64,000 nucleotides of DNA from Fidelibacterota bacterium (GTDB lineage: Bacteria > Fidelibacterota > Marinisomatia > Marinisomatales > TCS56), in NCBI GenBank assembly GCA_043822705.1, contig JBDRBK010000082.1:1-64000 (forward strand), read 5' to 3'. Positions within the stretch are counted from its first letter, which is position 1. Each line of letters starts with the position of its first letter. Positions 8,416 to 18,117 of this stretch are shown one piece after another. The position numbers were made by a program, and so were the translations under genes. A model generated the notes under the pieces. The model had not been told where the DNA came from. It saw only the letters and a program-made list of their open reading frames with translations, and ran no database searches.

Positions 8416-9535
8416 GGGTGTCCTGAACTAACTTATGGATTTCCATTCTGACGTGGATATTATCGGGCTTTTTATTGATGGTAAAGGTATGGCTGCCGGG
8501 ATAGGCCTGTGACAAGCGCTGCCGGACATTGTGCAACCCCGAACCGATATCGATGTCATTTTCCGCTTTGCGCCGGGTGGAATCGATCCATTGTCCGGTG
8601 TTCATGACATCGATAGCGAGTACGCCTCTTGACACTTTGGCCGAAATCCGCACTTTCAGCGGCATCGGACTGGTGCGCATGCCGTGTTTCACGGCATTCT
8701 CGGCCAGCGGTTGGATTATAAAGCTGATAATCGGATAATCCTCCGCCAGCGGATCGATGTCAAACGAAATTTCAAGTTTATCCTCGTAGCGTCGCTTCTC
8801 GATGTAGAAGAAATGTTGTACCGCCTCGATTTCTTGGCGCAGCGATACCTCCGGGTAATTTTTACTGATCAGGGAATAACGCAAAAACTCGGATAACTCA
8901 GTCACCATTTTTTTTGCATCATTCTTGTCTTCAGTTATCAAAGCCCGTATTGAATTTAATGAATTAAAAAGAAAATGAGGATTCAATTGATAGCGCAATG
9001 TTTGCAGATGAGCTTTGTGGATCTGTTCTTTGGCCTCCTCGGTTTTTTCGCGCTGGTGGTTCCATTCCAGGAACAATTTGATTGAAAAATACAGGCTGCT
9101 CCAGCCGATCAGGAGGACGCTGTCCCAGAAGACCACATACTGATAGGCCCCTGGCACCAGTTGATTAATCCAGGTGAGACCGCGGCCCAGCAGGCTGTAG
9201 TAGGTCGTCCGGGAAACCCAGAACCAGACGTTGGCGGCAATTACCGAACTGGTCAAAGTGATCAGGATCAGGGTCGTGATGGACTGGGTATTGATATTGA
9301 TTTTTTGATAAATATAGCGCAGTAGAACAGTGAATACGAATCCCCAGACCGTGATGATAAACAGATTGATTATATCGTATTTAAATACATCGCGGAACCA
9401 GAAGAAATTAAAATAAACGATTATCCAGTAGAATACCCAGCCGAGGCTGTTAAGAATCCAGAATGAACCGGCTAATTTCTCCAGTTTCAGGAAATTCAGT
9501 TGGGTCAGGATATTTTTATGTTTCGGCGTTGTCAT
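8399..9535 (-). CDS. LytS/YehU-type membrane sensor histidine kinase
   Basis: N-terminal TM segments; QLNPHFLFNSLNSI; LSEFLRYSL; QPLAENAVKHG; GSGLHNVRQRL. Confidence 0.9.
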   Translation of the reverse strand: MTTPKHKNILTQLNFLKLEKLAGSFWILNSLGWVFYWIIVYFNFFWFRDVFKYDIINLFIITVWGFVFTVLLRYIYQKININTQSITTLILITLTSSVIAANVWFWVSRTTYYSLLGRGLTWINQLVPGAYQYVVFWDSVLLIGWSSLYFSIKLFLEWNHQREKTEEAKEQIHKAHLQTLRYQLNPHFLFNSLNSIRALITEDKNDAKKMVTELSEFLRYSLISKNYPEVSLRQEIEAVQHFFYIEKRRYEDKLEISFDIDPLAEDYPIISFIIQPLAENAVKHGMRTSPMPLKVRISAKVSRGVLAIDVMNTGQWIDSTRRKAENDIDIGSGLHNVRQRLSQAYPGSHTFTINKKPDNIHVRMEIHKLVQDTHEKAV

Positions 9536-9551
9536 TATTCATGGTCGTTGA

Positions 9552-10613
9552 TCAGCGGCTGATTTCCAGTTTGAAATGGACACTGTTCTGTTTCTGGATC
9601 ACGTCGAATGTATAGCGATTCGGGAAGGCATTTTCCAGGCGCTGGCGGATGTTGCTGAGACCGGTGCCTGTACTGCCGCTGGGTTGGGCAAGATTTTCAG
9701 CCGGATCGACCCAGCGCCCGCTGTTGCGCACTTCGAGGATCAGGGTATCGTTCAATACCCTTGCAATAATCTGAATCGTTAAAGGCAACGGGCTGGTCCG
9801 CATGCCGTATTTGATGGCGTTTTCAACCAGCGGATGGAGTAAAAACCGGATTACCAGAAAATCGTTGGCCAGCGGATCGATATCAAAAATAATATTTAAC
9901 TTGTCCTCGAAACGTTTCTTTTCGATGGCGAAATAATGCTGCAACGCTTCCATTTCATTTCGCAGCGGCACATCAGAATATTGTTTGCTGAGCAACGAGT
10001 AGCGCAAAAACTCCGAGAGTTCGGATATCATGCTCCGGGCATTGTTGGCATCCTCCTCAATCAGTGCCCGGATGGAATTGAGTGAATTGAAAAGAAAATG
10101 GGGGTTGAGCTGATACTGCAACATCTGCAACTGGGCCTTGTGGGCCAGGATGTCGGCCTGCCGGGTACGTTCACGCGCTTCGTTCCATTCCATCCAGAAC
10201 TTAATGGTGAAATACAATGTGTGCCAGGCGAAGATCAAAACACCCCAGAAAAATACTCCCTGCAGATAATAATCGATAGTCGTCGGCACTACCTGCTCAC
10301 CGGGCTGAATCATTATTTTATTCACCAGCAGTCGCAATACGTACCAGACATTGATAATTATCAGGGTCGCGCCAGTGGCGATTGCAAATACTTTCGCCAG
10401 TGAAAGTGCCTGAAAATTAATCCTGCTATAGATATATCTGATGATAACCGTGAGCAGAAAACCAATTGACACGACCAGTGTATTCCAGATCATATAACGG
10501 ACACCATAGTATCCCATCGATTTGGCATTGGTGATGATATATAACCAATAAATACCCCAGCCGGATAATTGCAGAATCCAGAATAACCGATTTTTATTGT
10601 ATAAAACGCTCAC
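9552..10613 (-). CDS. LytS/YehU-type membrane sensor histidine kinase (paralog)
   Basis: GTG start; TM segments; QLNPHFLFNSLNSI; PLVENAIKYG; STGTGLSNIRQRL. Confidence 0.9.
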   Translation of the reverse strand: MSVLYNKNRLFWILQLSGWGIYWLYIITNAKSMGYYGVRYMIWNTLVVSIGFLLTVIIRYIYSRINFQALSLAKVFAIATGATLIIINVWYVLRLLVNKIMIQPGEQVVPTTIDYYLQGVFFWGVLIFAWHTLYFTIKFWMEWNEARERTRQADILAHKAQLQMLQYQLNPHFLFNSLNSIRALIEEDANNARSMISELSEFLRYSLLSKQYSDVPLRNEMEALQHYFAIEKKRFEDKLNIIFDIDPLANDFLVIRFLLHPLVENAIKYGMRTSPLPLTIQIIARVLNDTLILEVRNSGRWVDPAENLAQPSGSTGTGLSNIRQRLENAFPNRYTFDVIQKQNSVHFKLEISR

Positions 10614-11077
10614 TTATTCAACACCGCACCTGATTACCCAACTGGCCTTTTGGATAATAACGATATAATGCCGGATATTCTGCTCGTTATCATGGATTTT
10701 ACAAGGCTTAAAAATATACAAACCGGTTCATTAATATAATGATATTTCTTCAAGCGGCTGACACAATCGATGAAGGGTCTCCGGTGGATTTTCATATATT
10801 TGGCAAATTTCCGGTTTGCATATGGCGACAGGGCTATGCAGCTAGTGGATGCCGTTTCGTTTTTCATCAATTCAAATCGTGTGGATCACCAGGTTGCATT
10901 GTTTCTCCGCTCTAATGCGGGCAATGGCGAATAACCTGGTTTTTATGGTGATTCAATCATGGTCAATTACTACGGTACGGATTGTTGCCAATACCACACG
11001 GTCGCATAGTACACATTAATAATCAATAGTTTATGATCGTGCCCGCTGCTACAGTCAGCTGATCCGTACGATAGACT

Positions 11078-11129
11078 CGCCTTTCAACGGTTCGTATCAC
11101 CGTTTAACGATAATTCCCACCTCTTAAAG
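11078..11129 (+). promoter_or_regulatory. Candidate LytTR-binding direct repeats
   Basis: CGCCTTTCAACG(11078), CACCGTTTAACG(11098), CACCTCTTAAAG(11118), 20-nt period, upstream of the lipoprotein/TBDR operon. Confidence 0.4.
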
Positions 11130-11213
11130 ATCAATAATATAACGATCGGGCCGAGGCCGATAACTTCGCCTCGGTTATTGAAATAGATAAAAAAATATCG
11201 ACCAGGAGGGGCG

Positions 11214-11288
11214 ATGGATTATCGTGAATTTCAGACTGAAGCCGGATCGCCGCAGAACCTTCCTTGGCGAATAATAAACACTGAATAA
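11214..11288 (+). CDS. Possible 24-aa upstream/leader ORF
   Basis: AGGAGG SD then ATG; MDYREFQTEAGSPQNLPWRIINTE*. Confidence 0.3.
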   Translation: MDYREFQTEAGSPQNLPWRIINTE

Positions 11289-11466
11289 TTATAATGTTGC
11301 GAAAAACAGAAAGATTGTTATGGCAGCGAAAATGCCGGAATTTACCCGGAGGTAATCCGGGGGTCAGAAATGACTGTAGCGGTCAAATGACGCCTGTTGT
11401 CATAGCTGTTAACCGGCGACAAATGATCGAAATCAAAGAAGCATTAAATCAAACAGTGAGGTTGAG

Positions 11467-13293
11467 ATGAGCTTGAAACGGATATTTAGCACCCTCGTAT
11501 TAGTAATGTTTATTGCTATCGGGTTCTGGGGGTGTGAATCAGAGGAACTGGCCCAACCCAGCCCGAACATCCGGCCGGAATCATATATTTCCGAAGTGAG
11601 TCCGGGGGTGGTAACCAGGATATCCTGGTACGGGACCGATGTGGACGGCCGTGTCGAACGGTTCGAGTATCGCTGGGATGACGGCGACTGGTACGAAACA
11701 ACCGGTTTATCCGAGACTTTCCCGGTGGAGGATGTAACCAATCCTTATACCGACTTTGAATTTCTTGACCTGGACGATGAGCACGTATTCTATGTCCGTG
11801 CCATCGATAATAACGATCAGGCAGACCTGTCACCGGCAGCAGCAACAATGTCCCCTCGGACGACGCAGCCGGAGACGCAAATCGTCGAAGGTCCGGTGAC
11901 AGGTGCCACTGTTGGTCCTGATGTGCGTTTCGTTTGGGAAGGGATCGACCAAGATGGAAATATCAGCGGCTACGAATACGCCATCGATGATCTGACCAAC
12001 TGGATCGCCGTGGATGCCTTCGTTACCGAGCATATTTTCTACGGCTTGGCCGAAGGTGCACATATATTTTATGTGCGTGCCGTTGATAATCTGGGAGCCG
12101 TCGATAATTCTCCGGCCCAGAGCGCATTTGTGGTCAAAGCCGGCAGTCTGCCCATGCTGATCAGCACCAGTCCGATTGTTGACGGTGGCGGCTGGTTTGC
12201 CGGGCTGGACGTCGCCTTCTCATGGGAAGTCAATGTTGATTATTACGGCGGTCAGCTTCCTGAAGGGTATGCCACTTTTGCCCTGGACGACTCGACCGGC
12301 TGGAGCGACAATCAGGCGAATATGCAGTACAGTTGGCGGGGGGCTACCGCGTTTGAGATCCTTGGATCGAATCTCGGTTCCGGCCAGCACACTTTTTACG
12401 TGAAAGTCCGCGACGCCCAGTATCAGGTCAGTAAAATGTCGATCAGCTTCTCGGCCGCGGCCTATAATCCCACCAGGAAAATCCTGGTGGTCAATGGTGT
12501 CGCAGACAGTTATTTTGACGAAATCACCAGCATGTACACCGATTCGGTATACTGGGGCGGTCTGGATCTGGCCGATATCTATTTCTGGGATCTGTTTGGC
12601 AGCGGTAGTGCTCCGGCGATTTCCACCATGCCAACCGACAATTATCTCGGTGGCGGTGGTCCGGTGACACCGGATATCCTGAGTGATTTCGAATGCGTGA
12701 TCTGGGCCGGCAACGCATTCAGTGGCGACCTTGAGTTATGGCAGTTGACACCGATTTATCCCTATCTGCTGGCTGGTGGCAATGTTTTCCTGGGGGCTCG
12801 TTATACCGACCAGTTCTTTACGCCTGAACTGGAGGCCTATGCCCAGGTCGCCTGGCGGGAAACGGAAATTTCCCTGCTTGAATTCGAACCGATGTTCCCG
12901 GGATTGGTTGCCTGTACACCGTCCGGGGCCTCGCTGACCAGTGTTTTTTCAAGTGGCGGTTTTGATTCCGGTGGCAGCCCTGCCGACGATGATGTGACCA
13001 ATTACGACGGATCGCGCAGCTATACCAAAGCCTCAGGTACCAGCACCCTGCTGTTCGCCCATCGCACGAGTGCCGTGATCGGCAGTTTTGGATATGTACG
13101 TGGCTGCGGCGTCTGGTCGCATCCGAATCTGGATTACAGCAATGACCTGACCCAGGCTACGCTACCAACGACGGGTACCCTGGAGGCAAAGGGTAATTTT
13201 GTATTCCTGTCGGGTCGGCACTATCGTTTCGATCATGATGAATACAAAGCCAATATGCGTTATATCATCACCAGCATATTTGCTATCCAGTAG
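11467..13293 (+). CDS. Lipoprotein with repeated Ig/FN3-like domains and a C-terminal alpha/beta domain
   Basis: Lipobox FWGC; repeated W.G.D.DG....Y...D...W ... H.FYVRA.DN units; C-terminal ILVVNG..YLLAGGNVFL. Confidence 0.75.
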   Translation: MSLKRIFSTLVLVMFIAIGFWGCESEELAQPSPNIRPESYISEVSPGVVTRISWYGTDVDGRVERFEYRWDDGDWYETTGLSETFPVEDVTNPYTDFEFLDLDDEHVFYVRAIDNNDQADLSPAAATMSPRTTQPETQIVEGPVTGATVGPDVRFVWEGIDQDGNISGYEYAIDDLTNWIAVDAFVTEHIFYGLAEGAHIFYVRAVDNLGAVDNSPAQSAFVVKAGSLPMLISTSPIVDGGGWFAGLDVAFSWEVNVDYYGGQLPEGYATFALDDSTGWSDNQANMQYSWRGATAFEILGSNLGSGQHTFYVKVRDAQYQVSKMSISFSAAAYNPTRKILVVNGVADSYFDEITSMYTDSVYWGGLDLADIYFWDLFGSGSAPAISTMPTDNYLGGGGPVTPDILSDFECVIWAGNAFSGDLELWQLTPIYPYLLAGGNVFLGARYTDQFFTPELEAYAQVAWRETEISLLEFEPMFPGLVACTPSGASLTSVFSSGGFDSGGSPADDDVTNYDGSRSYTKASGTSTLLFAHRTSAVIGSFGYVRGCGVWSHPNLDYSNDLTQATLPTTGTLEAKGNFVFLSGRHYRFDHDEYKANMRYIITSIFAIQ

Positions 13294-13343
13294 CTGCAGA
13301 CAAATTGTAATGAGTAACCATACTAATGTCACAAGGAGGCAAA

Positions 13344-14765
13344 ATGGTTAGAAGATTTTTTTCTCCCCTGGGAGTAATAGCGATCCTATGGCTTTTGATC
13401 ATAGGTTGTGATTCATTCCTCAATCCGGAGGATGAATCGACGGTACCGGAGCAAGCCGCTATCGTACTGAATACTGACATTATCGAAGGCCCGGCCAATG
13501 CTGCGACGTTGATTTACAATTCATCGCCTACCTTCAAATGGAAGGGCAGCGTCTATCCCGGCTACGTAGCCGGCTTCCAGTGGACCCTGGATATGGACGG
13601 CGAAGCCTATGAACAATCCGAGGATTGGACGATGCAGATGACCCAGACCTTCAGCAATCTGTTGGAAGGTGACTACCTGTTCACGGTTTGGGCCAGGGAT
13701 GACAAGGACAGTGTGGAGGCGACACCGGACAGCGTCAGTTTCGCGATCGGCGCGGCTGACGCCACTGCTCCCGAAATCCGCTTTACACAAAGCCCTACTG
13801 ACAATTCCTACCGGGCACCGGGCAGTAACATCTTTTTCGTGTGGACGGCCAGTGACGAATCGCCGTTTGGCAGCGTGTCGGGCTACAGTTATCGTCTGAG
13901 CGGTACCGGCGCCAGCGCCACCGCCTGGACCGCCTGGAGCCTGAACACGACTTCTGCCGTATTCGAAGACCTGCAAACCGGTGATTACGTCTTCCAGGTC
14001 AAAGCTCGTGATAATTCAGGACTGGAATGCGCGCCTTATGAAATTAACGTCACGGTAAAAGCACCAACGATTCTGGTGGTCGATAATTACATCCCCGGCG
14101 ATTCACCGTTCCTGAATGAGATTGCGACGGATGAGATCATTGGTTCCGTGTTGCGGGACTGGTCCTGGGAGGAATGGGACGTGGATATCAATGGTTTGCC
14201 GACGGCTGCCGATCTGGCGGGTTATTCATCGGTGATCTGGTATGTTGACGGCGACCCCATGGCCTTCTTTTATTATGGAGATAATACCATCGACAATCCG
14301 CTGGATGATTTCCTGGACGGCGGCGGCAACCTGTGGTTGATGGGCAGCGAGATTCTATTTTACACTGAGTATGTGGATACCGCTGCTTTTGACACCGGTC
14401 ATTTTCTCCGCGATTACCTCCATCTGACCGGTGGCGGTGATGCCGGCGATGATGCCTTTAGCGGCCTGACTTCGATCGATGTCGATGGCTTCACTGAAAT
14501 TGGAATTCCCGGTCTGGCGACCGGAACGGGCTGGCCTGATGCCCTGGTCCCGGACGATGATCCGAACACCGTCGCCATTTATGACCTGGGAGGTTACGAC
14601 AGCGGCACGACCGCCGGCGTAATGTATGACGGACCGGATTTCAAAACCGTGTTCTGGTCCGTGAACTTCGCGTTTTTGGCTACCAACCATAATCATCTCT
14701 CTCTGTCCCCTGGTGATCTATACCCGGTAGCCAATCATATTCTTGGGACGATCTTTGAAGAGTAA
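13344..14765 (+). CDS. Lipoprotein, paralogous architecture to 11467 gene
   Basis: SD AAGGAGG before ATG 13344; lipobox IIGC; two Ig-like units (GDYLFTVWARD, GDYVFQVKARD); ILVVDN..FLDGGGNLWLMG. Confidence 0.75.
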   Translation: MVRRFFSPLGVIAILWLLIIGCDSFLNPEDESTVPEQAAIVLNTDIIEGPANAATLIYNSSPTFKWKGSVYPGYVAGFQWTLDMDGEAYEQSEDWTMQMTQTFSNLLEGDYLFTVWARDDKDSVEATPDSVSFAIGAADATAPEIRFTQSPTDNSYRAPGSNIFFVWTASDESPFGSVSGYSYRLSGTGASATAWTAWSLNTTSAVFEDLQTGDYVFQVKARDNSGLECAPYEINVTVKAPTILVVDNYIPGDSPFLNEIATDEIIGSVLRDWSWEEWDVDINGLPTAADLAGYSSVIWYVDGDPMAFFYYGDNTIDNPLDDFLDGGGNLWLMGSEILFYTEYVDTAAFDTGHFLRDYLHLTGGGDAGDDAFSGLTSIDVDGFTEIGIPGLATGTGWPDALVPDDDPNTVAIYDLGGYDSGTTAGVMYDGPDFKTVFWSVNFAFLATNHNHLSLSPGDLYPVANHILGTIFEE

Positions 14766-14793
14766 TATTCAAAGTACCATAATGAGGAGCACA

Positions 14794-17700
14794 ATGAAAA
14801 AAATAAAATTCATCAAAGCAGTCTTATTATCGCTGACCCTGATCTTGTGGTCGACATCGTTATTCGCTGTAACGACTGGTAAAATCACCGGTTTAATTAA
14901 GGATAGTGAGACTGGGGAAGTATTGGCCGGTGTAAATGTCCTGGTCGATGGTACCAGCATGGGTGGTGCCAGTGACATCGATGGCCGCTATTTCATCCTG
15001 AATGTGCCGGTTGGTAACTGGGACTTAAAGGCTACCTATATCGGTTACAAGGAGTTCATCATGACCAGCGTACTGGTCACGATCGATCATACCACGACCA
15101 TTAATTTCGATATGGAATCGACCGTGATCGAAGGTGAGGAAGTGACGGTCACGGCGGAACGCAAGTTGATCCAGATGGACAACACCGCTACCAAGACTTT
15201 CATTTCCGCCAGTGATATCACCACGGTTCCGTCCGAGTCGTTCACCGACCTGGTGGCTATGGAGGCCGGTGCCGTCGGCGCCAGCATTCGCGGTGGGCGT
15301 TCCAGTGGCACGATCTATTACATTGACGGCGTCAGTATGCGTAACCCGATGACCGGCTACGGGGCCGGGCAGGGCAACAGTCAGACCAATTCAACCAACG
15401 GATTCGCCGCCAGTGGCCCCGCCACCGATGTGAGCCTGAATGTCGAGTTGCCGGAATTCGCCTTCGAGGAAATCGAAATGCTGACCGGCGGCTACTCGCC
15501 CGAATTCGGTAACGCCCAGGACGCGGTCGTGAATATCGCCACCGCCGAAGGCCGCAAGGAATTGACCGGACGCATCCGGGTTACCGACGAAGGTACTTTA
15601 TTTACCGGACTGAATGAGACTTATGCCAAGGACTGGTATCTTGATCCCGAATTCAGCCTGCCGCCGGACTACCTGGATGGCGACGGCAACCTGATCGCCA
15701 AGGGCGGCCGGATGGTCATCAACGGTACTGAACTGGACGCCGCCGGCATCCAGAGTCTGCACCGCAACAGCGAACTCGGGTATGTCAAAGGCGAAGAGGC
15801 CTATGTCAACAGTGAACCGATCTGGACCGACACCCGCGGTGATTACCAGCGCCGGAAATACTCGTTCAATCTCACCGGTCCGCTGTTCAGCAAAGCCTAT
15901 TTTGCCCTGTCCGGCGAGTATCTGGACCAGGAACGGGCACATTTTGACAACCAGAGCCGTGACAATTTCAGCATCCTGGGCAAGGTGACTTACAATCTGA
16001 GTGCCAAGACCAAGTTCAATTTGAGTTTACTGCGGGCGAATCAGCTCTACAAAATCTATGATTACGAGTACGCCAAGTACAACACTTCCGGTTATCTGCC
16101 GGGCTTTGGTACCCTGTATGCCGGGCTGAGCGTGTTACCCGACCGGATTAAGGAAACCTCGATCTTCACCGGTGTTCTCAACCATTCAATCAATGCCAAC
16201 TCGTATCTGACACTGACCGTCGGTACATATAACTCCACCTACGATCAGAAATATCATGATTATGATGACCGGGATGCCGACGGCGACCGCGACGAGTATC
16301 TGGTATTCAAACGGATGGAAGTGAAAAGCGGTCATCCCGATTCCACTTCCGGCGCCTATGCTTTCAGTTCGACGCGGGAATTGCGCTACACGACCAATGA
16401 TAATGGCCTGATATACATCTGGACCCAGGATCCCACCAAGATCGATTCAGCAAATTACCCCAACACTTATCTGCCGGGTTATCTTGGTGAATGGCGGATT
16501 GGTAATCCGGACCTGCTGGTCGATCGCAACGATCCCGGTACCCACCTGTGGACGGATGATAATCCCGTTGGTTGGAAGGAAATCTGGACTCCACAGTACA
16601 ATGTCAATACTGACAACTGGGAGTGGACTTCCGACTGGTTATTTGTGAACGGAGCCAATGAGTTTGAGGAAACCGGTGTGACCCATCCCGAACTGGACGA
16701 AGGCACCATGTATAATGTATCCGACGCCCTGTGGAAAACACACGGTGAAGGTTATGCTACCTCCAGCATGGAATCGAAAGTCACTACAGTCAAGCTGGAC
16801 TATTCCAACCAGATTCATCCAATTCATTTCATTCAACTCGGCGGTGAATACCTGCTGTATAATCTGGACGCGTTCATCATCCGTACTTTCTCCCTCTCGA
16901 ATTATTACCTTGATGAATGGCATCAGAAACCGACCGAATGGGGATTGTATTTCCGGGATAAAATCGAAATGGGCGGCCTGATCGTCAATGCCGGCCTGCG
17001 ACTGGATTCCTATAACCTAGGTGATTGTACCTATTCCGGTGATGCTCTCGATCCCACCTCGACCCCGGTTGACCCCGAAACCGAGGAAATCCTGAATCCG
17101 GTGACCTGGAGTGAAGAAGTCGGCCCGACGATATATTTCAGCCCGCGGTTGGGTATTTCCCACCCGATCACCGATCGGGATGTGCTGCACTTCAGTTATA
17201 ACCATTTCCTGCAGCGCCCCGACTGGCGGTATTTCTTCGAAAATATCGGCTACAGCACCCAGGGCGCCTACGAACAGATCGGCAATCCCGAACTGGAACC
17301 TCAGCGTACGATTTCCTATGAAGTCGGTTTCACCCACCAGTTCAGTAATGACCTGAAAGTGGATATAACCGCCTACTACAAGGATATTTTCGGCTGGGTC
17401 CAGCAGACCCAGATCAACCAGTTGGCCGGGACCCGCTTCTGGATTTATGAAAACGCCGACTTTGGCGCCGTCAAGGGCTTTGAGGTCGCGCTGGACAAAC
17501 GGATGAGCAACAATTTCTCAGCCGATGTCAATTACACTTACATGATCAGCAGCGGCCGGCTTTCCGATCCGCAGTTGGGTAATACTTATCTGTGGCGCAA
17601 CCTGATTGCCCCCAAGGATCCTCATCCGCTGGACCACGATCAGCGCCATACGCTGAGCCTCAAACTGGCTTATTACGTTCCACCGGCCAGGAATCAATTC

Positions 17701-18090
17701 GCGGGTGACTGGCTAATCAATCTGACCAACCGCTACGGCAGCGGTTTCCCCTACGACACCCAGTCCCGTTCGGTGGCGCTGACCGTACCGGCCGAAAATG
17801 ACGGACGCCTGCCGTTTAACAACCGGCTGGATCTGCGGATTCAAAAGCGTTTCACTTTCAAACCGGTAAAACTGGCGGCTTATGTGGAAGTCTTCAACGT
17901 ACTCAATCGCCAGGATATGGGTTTCTCTCCGGCCGGCATTCCGTACAATGCAGAATGGTATCAATCCCGCGAGGATAATGACGGTAACGGTGTTGCCGAT
18001 CATTATCTGGATCCCGAAGGTCGCTACGGTGACTGGACGGTCTGGACGACACCGCGGCGCGCCAAGGTCGGTATTGAGCTTAACTGGTAA
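14794..18090 (+). CDS. TonB-dependent receptor with CarboxypepD_reg-like N-domain (cassette 1)
   Basis: SD GAGGAG; TTGKITG.I.D.ETGE.L.GVNV; plug SIRGGR..YYIDG, TGGYSPEFGNA; FSPRLGISHPIT; GNPELEPQRTISYEVG; C-terminal ELNW. Confidence 0.9.
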   Translation: MKKIKFIKAVLLSLTLILWSTSLFAVTTGKITGLIKDSETGEVLAGVNVLVDGTSMGGASDIDGRYFILNVPVGNWDLKATYIGYKEFIMTSVLVTIDHTTTINFDMESTVIEGEEVTVTAERKLIQMDNTATKTFISASDITTVPSESFTDLVAMEAGAVGASIRGGRSSGTIYYIDGVSMRNPMTGYGAGQGNSQTNSTNGFAASGPATDVSLNVELPEFAFEEIEMLTGGYSPEFGNAQDAVVNIATAEGRKELTGRIRVTDEGTLFTGLNETYAKDWYLDPEFSLPPDYLDGDGNLIAKGGRMVINGTELDAAGIQSLHRNSELGYVKGEEAYVNSEPIWTDTRGDYQRRKYSFNLTGPLFSKAYFALSGEYLDQERAHFDNQSRDNFSILGKVTYNLSAKTKFNLSLLRANQLYKIYDYEYAKYNTSGYLPGFGTLYAGLSVLPDRIKETSIFTGVLNHSINANSYLTLTVGTYNSTYDQKYHDYDDRDADGDRDEYLVFKRMEVKSGHPDSTSGAYAFSSTRELRYTTNDNGLIYIWTQDPTKIDSANYPNTYLPGYLGEWRIGNPDLLVDRNDPGTHLWTDDNPVGWKEIWTPQYNVNTDNWEWTSDWLFVNGANEFEETGVTHPELDEGTMYNVSDALWKTHGEGYATSSMESKVTTVKLDYSNQIHPIHFIQLGGEYLLYNLDAFIIRTFSLSNYYLDEWHQKPTEWGLYFRDKIEMGGLIVNAGLRLDSYNLGDCTYSGDALDPTSTPVDPETEEILNPVTWSEEVGPTIYFSPRLGISHPITDRDVLHFSYNHFLQRPDWRYFFENIGYSTQGAYEQIGNPELEPQRTISYEVGFTHQFSNDLKVDITAYYKDIFGWVQQTQINQLAGTRFWIYENADFGAVKGFEVALDKRMSNNFSADVNYTYMISSGRLSDPQLGNTYLWRNLIAPKDPHPLDHDQRHTLSLKLAYYVPPARNQFAGDWLINLTNRYGSGFPYDTQSRSVALTVPAENDGRLPFNNRLDLRIQKRFTFKPVKLAAYVEVFNVLNRQDMGFSPAGIPYNAEWYQSREDNDGNGVADHYLDPEGRYGDWTVWTTPRRAKVGIELNW

Positions 18091-18117
18091 ATATAATTGA
18101 AGATTCAGGAGGTAAAG

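Noticed and set aside
10634..10870. 78-aa minus-strand ORF
   Set aside because: No SD or domain signal; lies in the divergent promoter region
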